A program made the position numbers and the translations under genes. A stretch of DNA of 64,000 nucleotides from Enterobacteria phage vB_EcoM_IME540: sequence record MT150133.1; one strand, written 5' to 3'. Shown piece after piece: positions 1 to 8,968 of this stretch (positions are counted from its first letter, which is position 1; each line of letters opens with the position of its first letter). The notes beneath the pieces were generated by a model. That model searched no databases. It was not told the DNA's origin and saw only the letters and a program-made list of their open reading frames with translations.

Positions 1-609
1 TACGGCCTGGCCAGTTTCCTTAGAAACATAAACTTCGCCAACTTTAGACTCAACCTTAGTATAAAGCTCGGCATCAATTTCAGGCATACCCTTAATATCT
101 TCAATATTAGTGCCACGACGTACTAAAAGAACATAGGTATGTTTTCCGGTGAATTGGTACATGGCATCAACAACTTTAAACTTACCACCAGTACGAGCCA
201 TAGCTAAACGAGCTAATACACGCTGAACAGTAGGACCCTTACCTTTCATTTTCTTGGTAGGGAACCGGAAAAGAACTGCATCCATTTTAAGTTTGTTTAC
301 TTGTTCGTATACAGTATCAAAAATGGTATTCAGCGTACCAAGTGGGTCAGAACCTAACCCACCTTTCAACTCGGCTGGGCTACCCTTAGCAGACAAACTC
401 ATCAAAATAACATGAACATATTTGTCTCCGGGCTTAACCATTTTAATAGCGTCTCCTTGAGACGCATAAGATACCATACGAGCAACCAGGTTATCATTAC
501 CTGGCGCTTTAATAGAGAAAATCTGTGGGATACCGGAACCTGGTTTAAGATTTATTACTGGATAGTTTTTATCGGAATCACTATCAAAAACCTCGTTTAA
601 ATTTTCCAT
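1..609 (-). CDS. Alt-family ADP-ribosyltransferase paralog, N-terminal 203 codons; gene continues beyond window start
   Basis: ATG at 609 on minus strand, in frame to position 1; my translation (MENLNEVFDSD...KMKGKGP...YQFTGKHTY...) is clearly homologous to the N-terminus of the adjacent 694-aa Alt-like ORF; nucleotide similarity of 1-200 to 2100-2300. Confidence 0.7.
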   Translation of the reverse strand, partial: MENLNEVFDSDSDKNYPVINLKPGSGIPQIFSIKAPGNDNLVARMVSYASQGDAIKMVKPGDKYVHVILMSLSAKGSPAELKGGLGSDPLGTLNTIFDTVYEQVNKLKMDAVLFRFPTKKMKGKGPTVQRVLARLAMARTGGKFKVVDAMYQFTGKHTYVLLVRRGTNIEDIKGMPEIDAELYTKVESKVGEVYVSKETGQAV

Positions 610-612
610 TAT

Positions 613-2697
613 TTACCCTTGGATGAATTTTTCTGGGATGTCATAGAGGTCTATGCATGAAGCCAAAAGAGGCAGTACATCAAACCGTGTAGATTTAACA
701 AATGAATCAAAAGATACGGGGCTTTCGGAAGTATCGAAGTCATCTTGATATACGACCAACTCGCCGGTTTCCATTAGTACGTCACCATCATATACCACAG
801 ATTCTTGAAGCTCATCTGTTGTCATAACTTCAGCTTGGATGAGTTTTGTATTACTAGATGTTGTTCCATCATTATTAGAAGCATCTGTTATTTTATTAAC
901 TTTGACCATTAATCCACGCGGTAGAATAACTTCGGCTTCAGTTGCTATTCCGAGATTTCCTGGATATACGACATTAACTTTATGAGCCCCATCAATGGCC
1001 CATCCTATTTGAACCTTAACGTAATCGGGATTTTCCTTATACGCTCTTATTTCATTAGGATTAATAGTTATTCCTTCTTCATTTTTATCAACTGTCAATT
1101 CGTTGCGAACTTCCGGTTCTAAAAGACCAATACCAGCGTGCGTAACACCAAAACGTCCGAAAATTATAGGAGTTAAAGAAGTAGATACAAAATTTCTAAA
1201 ATAAAACACTTTATTTTTAACTAGTGCTTCGTATATAGGAGCAGTCATACTCTGGGCACGATAAACTGTAATGCCTTCCGGTATACGGTCACCATTTTCA
1301 AAAGCTGAATCTAAATTATTTACAGCGGATTCGATATCTTTTTCGCTCATAACCTCATAGTTCTGAGGATTATAACGTCCTAAAAGAAGATTATTTATGT
1401 CTGTATATCCTGAACCACAATATTCTCTGATGCCGCGCTTTTGTGATGGGGTATATTTAGAGCCCTCACGAGCAATAGTAATATCGACCATAATACCACC
1501 ACCTACACCAGCAAAACTATACACACGTTTTTTAATGAACTTAGTCTTGGCTGCTTTCCACTTGGACTCGGTTAATTCATTCCAGACGTCGTCAGGTTGG
1601 CCTTTACGAGTTCTGTTATGGATAGCCAGCCACTCGCCTTTATATTCTTCGAAAATGGTATTAATGGTAGAGGCATATTTTTCCAGGGCTTTAACAGATG
1701 TCAAAGGTTCATTTTTGATAGCTGTAAGAATTTTCTCTTTAATTTTCTCTTGGATTTCACCAATACCGTGAAGTGGGAACAATTTATAGTCGTAATGCAA
1801 TTCTTCAGCAGTGCCTTCAGCTACTATATTAGCAACCTTATTTTTAGCCGCAGGAGAATTGTTATTAGTGACCATTTCCTGGGCCTCAGGGATTAATGGA
1901 ACTGTTGCCGGTTTATTAAAATCTACTGCAGTAGCTTCATATTTCTTAAACAGCTCACTTTCATTACGATAAGATTCTAACGATTGACTTGCCGCAATAG
2001 CACGTCGAGAAATCTTAGTCTTGGTTATAACCATTTTATCAGTGCGACGTTCTTCAACCTTAGCAATACTACCGGCGATAGCAGTTTCTTTAGTAACCTG
2101 CACGCCTTCTTTTTTAGAAATATAAACTTCACCGACATCAGAATCTACCTTAGTATACAATTCAGCATTAATTCCAGGCATACCTTTGATATCTTCTATA
2201 TCAGCTTGTTTACGAACTACCAGGATGTAAGTATGTTTACCGGTAAATTGGTACATAGCCGGAACTACTTTAAAACGTCCACCTGTTTTCTGTGCTACCA
2301 AACGTTGGATAATCCGTTGAACGATAGGGCCTTGACCTTTCATTTTCTTAGTAGGGAAACGGAACATCACGGCATCCATACGAAGCTTTTTAACTTGGTC
2401 ATAAACCACATCAAAAATAGTATTAATCGCATCTACGGGAGTAGGGCCTAGGCCACCTTTAAGTTCGGCAGGCGAACCTTTAGCTGAAAGGCTCATAAGG
2501 ATAACGTGGGCATATTTATCACCCATCTTAACCTGTTTAATAGCATCACCTTCAGAAGCGTAGGATACCATACGCGCCACTAATTGGGATTCTGCGTCAC
2601 CAATCTTCCAAATCTGGGGTACTTTAAGTTTTGGGTTCAAGTTTACTGTAGGCAGTGTGCCTTCGGACTCAAACACTTCATTTAATTGTTCGGTCAT
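613..2697 (-). CDS. alt: Alt-like ADP-ribosyltransferase (virion-packaged ART of T4)
   Basis: 694-aa ORF; length and position next to ligase match T4 Alt (682 aa); C-terminal region has ART-like motifs (YRAQS...FVSTSL); identification from memory of T4 Alt. Confidence 0.75.
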   Translation of the reverse strand: MTEQLNEVFESEGTLPTVNLNPKLKVPQIWKIGDAESQLVARMVSYASEGDAIKQVKMGDKYAHVILMSLSAKGSPAELKGGLGPTPVDAINTIFDVVYDQVKKLRMDAVMFRFPTKKMKGQGPIVQRIIQRLVAQKTGGRFKVVPAMYQFTGKHTYILVVRKQADIEDIKGMPGINAELYTKVDSDVGEVYISKKEGVQVTKETAIAGSIAKVEERRTDKMVITKTKISRRAIAASQSLESYRNESELFKKYEATAVDFNKPATVPLIPEAQEMVTNNNSPAAKNKVANIVAEGTAEELHYDYKLFPLHGIGEIQEKIKEKILTAIKNEPLTSVKALEKYASTINTIFEEYKGEWLAIHNRTRKGQPDDVWNELTESKWKAAKTKFIKKRVYSFAGVGGGIMVDITIAREGSKYTPSQKRGIREYCGSGYTDINNLLLGRYNPQNYEVMSEKDIESAVNNLDSAFENGDRIPEGITVYRAQSMTAPIYEALVKNKVFYFRNFVSTSLTPIIFGRFGVTHAGIGLLEPEVRNELTVDKNEEGITINPNEIRAYKENPDYVKVQIGWAIDGAHKVNVVYPGNLGIATEAEVILPRGLMVKVNKITDASNNDGTTSSNTKLIQAEVMTTDELQESVVYDGDVLMETGELVVYQDDFDTSESPVSFDSFVKSTRFDVLPLLASCIDLYDIPEKFIQG

Positions 2698-2719
2698 AAT
2701 AATTCCTCTTTAATAACCT

Positions 2720-2727
2720 TATTTATG
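2720..2727 (-). promoter_or_regulatory. possible late promoter variant for alt
   Basis: CATAAATA on minus strand ~25 nt upstream of alt ATG. Confidence 0.3.
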
Positions 2728-2733
2728 CCAGAA

Positions 2734-2749
2734 AAGGCCCGAAGGCCTT
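2734..2749 (-). terminator. UUCG tetraloop hairpin
   Basis: AAGGCC-UUCG-GGCCUU on minus strand between small ORF and alt; weak U tract. Confidence 0.45.
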
Positions 2750-2751
2750 TA

Positions 2752-2934
2752 TTAAAGTACTAACAGCGTACGGTACACTTCAAATTTAGGACCCTTTTCA
2801 TAGCGGTCGAAATTATCTTTAAAATCAGCGAACGCGATTTCATTTTCAAATTCAAGGACAATTTGGGACACTGCAGTGGAGACATCCCCACCTTCTTTAT
2901 ATCCAATAACCACGGTTTCTAAATAAGCTTTCAT
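2752..2934 (-). CDS. hypothetical small protein
   Basis: ORF track 2752..2976; start trimmed to ATG at 2934, directly after the ligase stop; start uncertain. Confidence 0.3.
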   Translation of the reverse strand: MKAYLETVVIGYKEGGDVSTAVSQIVLEFENEIAFADFKDNFDRYEKGPKFEVYRTLLVL

Positions 2935-2935
2935 A

Positions 2936-4459
2936 TTATAGACCAGTTTGAGACCAATCACCGAATACATCTTCAAATGTATCAGCTTCTGTTTTATCGA
3001 AACGCCAACCTTTAATGATTGGAAGGAAAATACCTACAGTATCAGTACGTCCTTTAGAATGAACCCAACCATTACATTCACAGTCAGCAATACGTCCAAT
3101 CAACTTACCTTCACGAGCTTGTTTCATAAGAAGTTCACGGTCTAAATCAGGACGGTCTTCCAATGGAATCAATACCTTTTTACCTGATTTATCTTTCTTA
3201 TGGGTAGTATCTTTAAAGCCTGAACCACAGTCACTTGTAATTCGACGACAACGTGATACTAACTCAACACCACCTAGTTTGTTAGGGTCCTTCGAGTGTT
3301 CATAATAACCTACCACTTCTAAAGCGATATCGATTACTTCTTTGAACTTGATAAGATTCTTAGAACGGCGGTTTTCCCAGTAGGAGTCCATGTTCTTAAG
3401 GATAATGCCTTCCAGACCTTGGTCGACATATTTCTTATAAACGACTTTAGCTTCTTCAAGATTATTAACCCACTGGTTTTCGATAGCTTCAACACGCGTT
3501 GTGCCATGCAATACGACATTATGAGCCACCATAAGTTCTAAGGCTGTAAAGCGTACATCATACTTATCGCCTTTAATTTTGCCTTCAGAATACACGACAT
3601 CCAGTGGGACATAATCCCATGCCTGTAATACCATACCAGCGGCTTCAGTAGCCGAAATAGTTCCTTGAAGAGCCTTATTAGCCAATCCATTTGACGTAGA
3701 ACGATCGGCGACAGTTTGGAATTCCTTAGCCTTACTTAATTCAGGAAGTTCCTCGTCAAACATACTAAACAAATCATTAGATGCTTTAGGTTCTACCTTA
3801 GGAGTATGGTAAACTAATTCGCCATCAATCATAACGCCATTAGGATGGCGTTGTCGAGCTTCTTCGGTCATGGCCATTAATTCAGCCGCCAAAAGATTAA
3901 GCCCTTGATATTCGTTACCACCACGAGTAAGGAATGTCACACCATCGTTACGAACTTCGGCAAAACAACGAGCACCATCAGCTTTTAATTGAGCAAACGC
4001 TGGCCATTTAATATTTTTCTTAATCAAAGCTTCATCATAAGAACTCGCCAACATCTGCGGTTGTTCAGGGATTAAACCTTTCCAAACCTTGTTAGCAATA
4101 GAAATCGATGCACCACATTCAAGGTCGCGCATCATTACACGACGTAATACCTCGGCATCCGGGGCCTTAGCATCAGCAATGATTTGAGCCAGTTCTTCAA
4201 TAGCCGCATTACCCGTAATCTTACGTGTGGCTAATGTGAATTCAGCGAAATCAAGAAGGTCTTCAAGAGTAATCATACCAAAGGATTGAGATGTAAATCC
4301 AGGTTCTGGCCACTTTTTAATACCGTAGTTCAGACGACGGGTATAAGCCATACGATAAACACGTTTCAGAAGCTCATTGTCCTTTTCACGAGCAATAATG
4401 GCTTCTTTAGCTTTAGTAGAATCAATAGCAGCAATTTCGTTTAAAATATCTAAAATCAT
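2936..4459 (-). CDS. 30: ATP-dependent DNA ligase
   Basis: Strong resemblance to T4 gp30 (MILDILNEIA..., KADGARC adenylation motif); start set at MILD ATG rather than the upstream ORF-track start. Confidence 0.92.
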   Translation of the reverse strand: MILDILNEIAAIDSTKAKEAIIAREKDNELLKRVYRMAYTRRLNYGIKKWPEPGFTSQSFGMITLEDLLDFAEFTLATRKITGNAAIEELAQIIADAKAPDAEVLRRVMMRDLECGASISIANKVWKGLIPEQPQMLASSYDEALIKKNIKWPAFAQLKADGARCFAEVRNDGVTFLTRGGNEYQGLNLLAAELMAMTEEARQRHPNGVMIDGELVYHTPKVEPKASNDLFSMFDEELPELSKAKEFQTVADRSTSNGLANKALQGTISATEAAGMVLQAWDYVPLDVVYSEGKIKGDKYDVRFTALELMVAHNVVLHGTTRVEAIENQWVNNLEEAKVVYKKYVDQGLEGIILKNMDSYWENRRSKNLIKFKEVIDIALEVVGYYEHSKDPNKLGGVELVSRCRRITSDCGSGFKDTTHKKDKSGKKVLIPLEDRPDLDRELLMKQAREGKLIGRIADCECNGWVHSKGRTDTVGIFLPIIKGWRFDKTEADTFEDVFGDWSQTGL

Positions 4460-4469
4460 AATCACCTCA

Positions 4470-4748
4470 TTAGTCATGGATTCTATTATAAGCCACATCA
4501 GCCAAAAGCAAGTCTAATCGCTTATGATAAGAGAACACAAATCTCATTCGCCCATCAGATTTGAACTTGGACATAAAGTGGACATAAATGAATCCCTGTT
4601 CGACGCATTCGCGCCAAACAGGATGGTCTTTAGCCGGATTTACATCAAATGAGTAATCATGATTCACATGACGAATAAACTGGTTTACATGACCATAATC
4701 CATTGTAGTGGTAGGACCATAGTCTGAAATTGTATGAACTACAAACAT
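4470..4748 (-). CDS. hypothetical protein
   Basis: ORF track; start set to ATG at 4748, one base after the stop of the upstream HAD-like gene. Confidence 0.4.
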   Translation of the reverse strand: MFVVHTISDYGPTTTMDYGHVNQFIRHVNHDYSFDVNPAKDHPVWRECVEQGFIYVHFMSKFKSDGRMRFVFSYHKRLDLLLADVAYNRIHD

Positions 4749-4749
4749 A

Positions 4750-5388
4750 TTAACCTCGAGCAATCCATTCAACTGCGGCATTATTACGAAGGGATTCGAT
4801 TGCTGCGATATCGTCCCATGAATTAACCTTTACGGCTAAATTAGGTTTAAAGTCACGTTCACCACGAGCTAACCAATAAACTTGGATATCCATGAGAACA
4901 TTAGATGCAGCATCACAGTGGTGAGCCAAATCATCAACATAAAACTTAATACGTTTACCGTACGTATTTTTAGCTCTTATGAAGAGGTCTTCTTTTGATT
5001 CTGAATGACCACACATCAGAATCTCCTTGAATGCGCCAGGGAACAAAGCATTCAAATTGAATTGTCTATTCAGCAGGGCATCAATTGAGTCGCCTAGCGC
5101 AGTCACGGCTACAAAATCGAAGTCTTTTTTGAGCCTGTTGATATGTTTTAATGCGTCCATGTAAGGAGACAGATAACGAATAAAATCTGACTGATTATAT
5201 TTCTCGATTAAACGAGCGCCTAATTCATTATCACAATTAAACAGCTCGCCTGGAGATAAGAAACGTTCGTCCTGAATCATATTCAAAATATGTTCTAAAG
5301 GCAAATTATATTTCTGTGCGAAATAAGGCAAGCCGGACTGCCAACTTAAACATACTCCATCGATATCTGTTAAGATAACTGGTTTCAT
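4750..5388 (-). CDS. HAD-superfamily hydrolase-like protein
   Basis: N-terminal ILTDIDGV motif typical of HAD motif I (DxDG); 212 aa. Confidence 0.5.
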   Translation of the reverse strand: MKPVILTDIDGVCLSWQSGLPYFAQKYNLPLEHILNMIQDERFLSPGELFNCDNELGARLIEKYNQSDFIRYLSPYMDALKHINRLKKDFDFVAVTALGDSIDALLNRQFNLNALFPGAFKEILMCGHSESKEDLFIRAKNTYGKRIKFYVDDLAHHCDAASNVLMDIQVYWLARGERDFKPNLAVKVNSWDDIAAIESLRNNAAVEWIARG

Positions 5389-5852
5389 AATAAATCTCTC
5401 AATTTGTTTAGGATGTCGATAAACTCTTTTTCAGTTAGTATTGTATCACATTCTGTAAGGTGGCTCGCCATCGAATGCTTTAAAACTTTGCCCTTTGTAG
5501 CTTGTAATGCGTCGCGGAATCCTTTGTTTTGGAGCGCTGCTTCAAAATAAGCATTTGTATACAACTCTTTCCATGATGCAGAGTATCTTGAAAAGGGAAT
5601 TCCAAGCCAGAACAGCGTCCCACGGTCCGCAGCTCTAGCATAAGCTCTTCCAGTTTGTTGTGCGGCCAGACCGGACATCCCAAATATACGTTTTTGTTGT
5701 TCATGATTTCTCACCTTACATCCTTGGAGGAATCCTTCGAGCCCACCAAATTGGATACCATCCATAACGAAAGGCCATTTAGCAAAGTTACTTAATGCAC
5801 ACGATGGCCATGGAAAATTGCTTCTTATTTCTAACTCAGACATCTTTGACAC
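5385..5852 (-). CDS. NADAR (YbiA/DUF1768)-like protein
   Basis: LSNFAKWPFVMDG segment resembles the conserved SNFAAWP..DG core of E. coli YbiA; 155 aa, typical NADAR size. Confidence 0.55.
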   Translation of the reverse strand: MSKMSELEIRSNFPWPSCALSNFAKWPFVMDGIQFGGLEGFLQGCKVRNHEQQKRIFGMSGLAAQQTGRAYARAADRGTLFWLGIPFSRYSASWKELYTNAYFEAALQNKGFRDALQATKGKVLKHSMASHLTECDTILTEKEFIDILNKLRDLL

Positions 5853-6048
5853 TTATAATTTCGACATCAGCCCAATGACCATAACCAGGTAGACGGTCTT
5901 CAATAGATAATCCGCCATCAGATTTCAGCATTTTAATTGTTTTAGTATATGGTTCATCTTGCGGATGCACAGGAGATAAATCAGTTACACGATAAGTCAC
6001 TTCGACCATTTCCGTACCTAATAATTTCTGAATCAATTTCTTAAACAT
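5836..6048 (-). CDS. hypothetical protein
   Basis: ORF track, compact minus-strand operon context. Confidence 0.4.
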   Translation of the reverse strand: MFKKLIQKLLGTEMVEVTYRVTDLSPVHPQDEPYTKTIKMLKSDGGLSIEDRLPGYGHWADVEIISVKDV

Positions 6049-6049
6049 A

Positions 6050-6244
6050 TTATCCTCGCTTTAAACATTTGATTACAGACAGTTCACCGCCCATGCGAAC
6101 GTCTTCAGTTCCATCGACCCATAGGACGGTGTAGGCTTCTTTAATAGTAACATTACCTAATTTAAAAGCAGGTAGAACCTTTGAAATCATTCCAGGAATA
6201 CCTACGCCTTTTAACTGGACTGTTTGCGATAAAAATAGTTGCAT
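6050..6244 (-). CDS. hypothetical protein
   Basis: ORF track, abuts neighbours. Confidence 0.4.
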   Translation of the reverse strand: MQLFLSQTVQLKGVGIPGMISKVLPAFKLGNVTIKEAYTVLWVDGTEDVRMGGELSVIKCLKRG

Positions 6245-6531
6245 TAGAACCTCATCTGAAAGCCGTGTGATTTAACATTACCGCCGTAGATGTCAGAGGT
6301 GTTGACTTCACGGGCGGCACTAGGGTCGATATTGATATCACGGTTGAGCTTAGTGATTGCTAAGGTATCACGACCATTAACAGTACGGAATTCTACTGGA
6401 CATACAACATCAGCATAGGCCTTAATAGATTCACGAGTAGGTTGTTTGTCGGCAGGAACGTCTTTACCTGCTTTAGAGAAAACAACTTCACAGAAATTTT
6501 TACGAGTATCGAAATAAGTGGTCATAAACAT
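6244..6531 (-). CDS. hypothetical protein
   Basis: ORF track 6244..6564; start moved to ATG at 6531, preceded by GAGGAAA and a UUCG hairpin. Confidence 0.45.
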   Translation of the reverse strand: MFMTTYFDTRKNFCEVVFSKAGKDVPADKQPTRESIKAYADVVCPVEFRTVNGRDTLAITKLNRDINIDPSAAREVNTSDIYGGNVKSHGFQMRF

Positions 6532-6546
6532 AATATTTTCCTCAAA

Positions 6547-6562
6547 GGAGGCCGAAGCCTCC
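6547..6562 (-). promoter_or_regulatory. UUCG tetraloop hairpin in an intercistronic leader
   Basis: GGAGGC-UUCG-GCCUCC followed by GAGGAAA and ATG; identical 16-mer at 45308..45323. Confidence 0.45.
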
Positions 6563-6572
6563 ATTTTTAAGA

Positions 6573-6938
6573 TTAGATGTCGAATTCGTTCAGAACTACA
6601 TCAAAGATTGCTTCCAGGTGTTCAGGTTTAGCTCGGTTGCTCAGGATGTGACGAATCCAAGTTTTAACCAGAAGCTTACGATTAACACCGTTCCAGCAAG
6701 GATGGGTACCTAAATCACGTTGACGGAAATCATCATCTAAAGCGATTTTAAAAGTAGAACCTTCCATTGTGATTGAAACCGTAATACCATTTTCAAAGCG
6801 CATATAAACGTAGTTAGGAGTCATGCACTGTTCGATTTCGCACACCGCGCCGTTGTTGTGTTTCCACAGGCAAATAACTTCAGAAGAACCAGCGATACCG
6901 TTAGAAACATATTTACGTTCGAAGTTGATGTAGTTCAT
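6573..6938 (-). CDS. hypothetical protein
   Basis: ORF track; own early promoter and GGAGAA Shine-Dalgarno upstream. Confidence 0.5.
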   Translation of the reverse strand: MNYINFERKYVSNGIAGSSEVICLWKHNNGAVCEIEQCMTPNYVYMRFENGITVSITMEGSTFKIALDDDFRQRDLGTHPCWNGVNRKLLVKTWIRHILSNRAKPEHLEAIFDVVLNEFDI

Positions 6939-6974
6939 TTTATTCTCCAGTTTGTTTTCGTATTATTTGGTACA

Positions 6975-7010
6975 GGTCTATAATAACACAACCTGTACCA
7001 AAGTAAAACA
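6975..7010 (-). promoter_or_regulatory. early promoter (T4 early type)
   Basis: TTTTAC, 17 bp, TG-extended TATTAT on minus strand; ~35-nt leader with GGAGAA to ATG at 6938. Confidence 0.45.
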
Positions 7011-7011
7011 T

Positions 7012-7344
7012 TTATTTCACAACATTCCAATTTTTCATATCAAGTTTACCAACTTTTTTCATCTGAGCAATCAGACGTTCAGCACGTGTACGGGCATTAA
7101 CATAATAGAATTCACCATTTTTGTTTTCTTCAATACGACCAGTAATTACAGTTTTCAGTTCATAAATCCAACCTGTAAAGAAGTTGTGAAGCTCGATGGT
7201 GAATGTAAAATCAGTACCCATACCTTCAGTTGTTTCAACTTCGATGATATCACCTTCAACTGCAGTCAGGACCCACATGGTTTCTTGATATTCACCGTTG
7301 AAACATTTAGCTTTAACAGATGCATTCAGATTTACAGTTTTCAT
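7012..7344 (-). CDS. hypothetical protein
   Basis: ORF track; own early promoter; 5' leader duplicated with that of 6573..6938. Confidence 0.5.
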   Translation of the reverse strand: MKTVNLNASVKAKCFNGEYQETMWVLTAVEGDIIEVETTEGMGTDFTFTIELHNFFTGWIYELKTVITGRIEENKNGEFYYVNARTRAERLIAQMKKVGKLDMKNWNVVK

Positions 7345-7382
7345 TTTATTCTCCAGTTTGTTTTAGTATTATTTGGTACATG

Positions 7383-7416
7383 TCTATAGTATCATGCCTA
7401 CCGGAGATGTACACCC
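7383..7416 (-). promoter_or_regulatory. early promoter
   Basis: GTGTAC, 17 bp, TG-extended TACTAT; directly downstream of the 7443..7460 terminator. Confidence 0.5.
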
Positions 7417-7442
7417 TTTTTTAAAGATTTAGAAACAAAAAT

Positions 7443-7460
7443 GGGACTCCGAAGAGTCCC
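7443..7460 (-). terminator. rho-independent terminator
   Basis: GGGACUC-UUCG-GAGUCCC followed by AUUUUUGUUUC, directly after the 53-aa ORF stop. Confidence 0.7.
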
Positions 7461-7465
7461 ATAAC

Positions 7466-7627
7466 TTATGCCTGAGGCTTACCAAAGCAAGCAGCATCTG
7501 CACGCAATACTGCACGAGCACGAGCTTGAAGCTTATCAACTACCTGATTGATACGCTTGTTGGACGCACGCTTGTAACCAGCGCGTTTAGAGGTACCGTC
7601 AACTACTTTAACTTCTTTCTTAGCCAT
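7466..7627 (-). CDS. small basic protein (53 aa)
   Basis: Hand-translated MAKKEVKVVDGTSKRAGYKRASNKRINQVVDKLQARARAVLRADAACFGKPQA; below ORF-track size cut-off; followed immediately by a UUCG terminator hairpin. Confidence 0.45.
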   Translation of the reverse strand: MAKKEVKVVDGTSKRAGYKRASNKRINQVVDKLQARARAVLRADAACFGKPQA

Positions 7628-7779
7628 TTTAAATCTCTTAAATTAGGATGCAGGACTTATTGGCGTTGCCTGCGCAAGCCCTCAAGGGGAACATAGGTTT
7701 CGGATATTTAACGACAGGATAACCATAAACCTCGTCATCATACCAACCACGACTTAGACAGATAACCTTTTTCTGACGC

Positions 7780-7813
7780 GTGATAGTACAAAATACATTC
7801 AAGAGGTACACCG
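7780..7813 (-). promoter_or_regulatory. possible early promoter
   Basis: GTGTAC, 17 bp, TACTAT within the 250-bp intergenic region. Confidence 0.3.
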
Positions 7814-7889
7814 TAAAACTGTTGGGGTCTTAAAACTATAATGATTCGCAAATCATTAATCAAACAGTTCGACGGCTCCTCGATTTAAC

Positions 7890-8138
7890 TTACTTCAGGG
7901 TAATAATAAAATGACGTACTGCTTTACGAGCTGCTGAAGCCAAAGGCTTAGCAAATTTCAGTTCATCTTTAGCTTCCAGTTCAGCAGCCAGAGTAGCCTG
8001 AGCAGGATTCAGATGTTTGAAATAACGCAGGATTTCCAGTGCTTCGGCCTCAACATCAATAGATGCGCCGTAGTTTTCGTGACCGTTGTTCCAAGCGTTG
8101 CGTTGCAGTTCAAGAGCGTGATTCAATTGTTTGTTCAT
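7890..8138 (-). CDS. rIII: rIII-like lysis inhibition accessory protein (by position and size)
   Basis: 82 aa, next to gene 31 as in T4; assignment by synteny and length only. Confidence 0.5.
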   Translation of the reverse strand: MNKQLNHALELQRNAWNNGHENYGASIDVEAEALEILRYFKHLNPAQATLAAELEAKDELKFAKPLASAARKAVRHFIITLK

Positions 8139-8276
8139 TTTAGTTTCTCAATTCGAGATAAAGATTGGTGGACACGTTCTTCTGAATTTCACTTCCTTTC
8201 GGCAAGTCTCTCAGTTGTAGTCCACCGCTTAGGATTCTCCGGTTAACTAACTAGTCAGGCAGCCAATCCATATTAT

Positions 8277-8284
8277 TATTTATA
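8277..8284 (-). promoter_or_regulatory. late promoter upstream of rIII-like gene
   Basis: Exact TATAAATA on minus strand directly after gene 31 stop. Confidence 0.45.
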
Positions 8285-8608
8285 TCACTTATAAAGGCAA
8301 GGAATAGCTTTATAGTGACAGGTAACGAATTTTTGTTTAATTTCTTTAGGTTGTTTAATACCCAATGCAACCAACGGATGAGGCACGTTAGCAATCTTAC
8401 CAACAGGAAGTGGAGTCAAATCGCCTACTTCACAAAAATCTTCAGGGACATCAGGTCCTACAGAATAAATTTCACAAAGTTCAGGGATTTCACCTTGATG
8501 AAGTTTGCCAATAACGATACCAGATGCAGTAGTTTCTTCATCACCAGCTTGTTTTGGTTCGGAAACGAGAATAACATATTCTCCGACCGCTTTAATAGGA
8601 AGTTCCAT
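8285..8608 (-). CDS. 31: co-chaperonin for GroEL (GroES-like)
   Basis: Near-colinear with T4 gp31 ([12 protein letters not shown]...VGPDVPE...[16 protein letters not shown]). Confidence 0.9.
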   Translation of the reverse strand: MELPIKAVGEYVILVSEPKQAGDEETTASGIVIGKLHQGEIPELCEIYSVGPDVPEDFCEVGDLTPLPVGKIANVPHPLVALGIKQPKEIKQKFVTCHYKAIPCLYK

Positions 8609-8629
8609 ATTTAATCCATATTGTTTTGT

Positions 8630-8667
8630 TGATAGATTAATAATAACACGCTATTCTTAAAGCATAT
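8630..8667 (-). promoter_or_regulatory. possible middle promoter for gene 31
   Basis: MotA-box-like ATGCTTTAA followed ~12 bp later by TTATTA/TATTAT. Confidence 0.35.
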
Positions 8668-8966
8668 TACAGGACAAGCAGAGTTTCAGTCTGAAGGCCG
8701 TTAATAGAAATCAGCTTATCGAAACGGAATGAGCGCCAATCATTAACCTTGGTATCAAATACTCTGATATAATTAACAGGTTCTTTATTGGCTTCTGGCC
8801 CAGGGGCCTGGACTTCTTTATACGGCAGCAGGTCTAAGTCGCGAGTACAAGTCATACGACGGGCACTACCATCAGCTTTTTCAAACAGGACTTCGTGAAA
8901 ACCAACAGACAAAATAGTCTTGACTTTTTCACGGAGACGAATAGTTTCTTGTTCGGTTAAAATCAT
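8667..8966 (-). CDS. hypothetical protein
   Basis: ORF track. Confidence 0.45.
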   Translation of the reverse strand: MILTEQETIRLREKVKTILSVGFHEVLFEKADGSARRMTCTRDLDLLPYKEVQAPGPEANKEPVNYIRVFDTKVNDWRSFRFDKLISINGLQTETLLVL

Positions 8967-8968
8967 AA

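Noticed and set aside
412-600. Plus-strand 62-aa ORF
   Set aside because: Lies entirely inside the minus-strand Alt-paralog coding region; no Shine-Dalgarno; opposite-strand shadow of a real gene.
1397-2451. Three plus-strand ORFs (1397..1771, 1597..1896, 1984..2451)
   Set aside because: All lie antisense within the Alt-like gene 613..2697, whose product has recognisable family features; treated as spurious.
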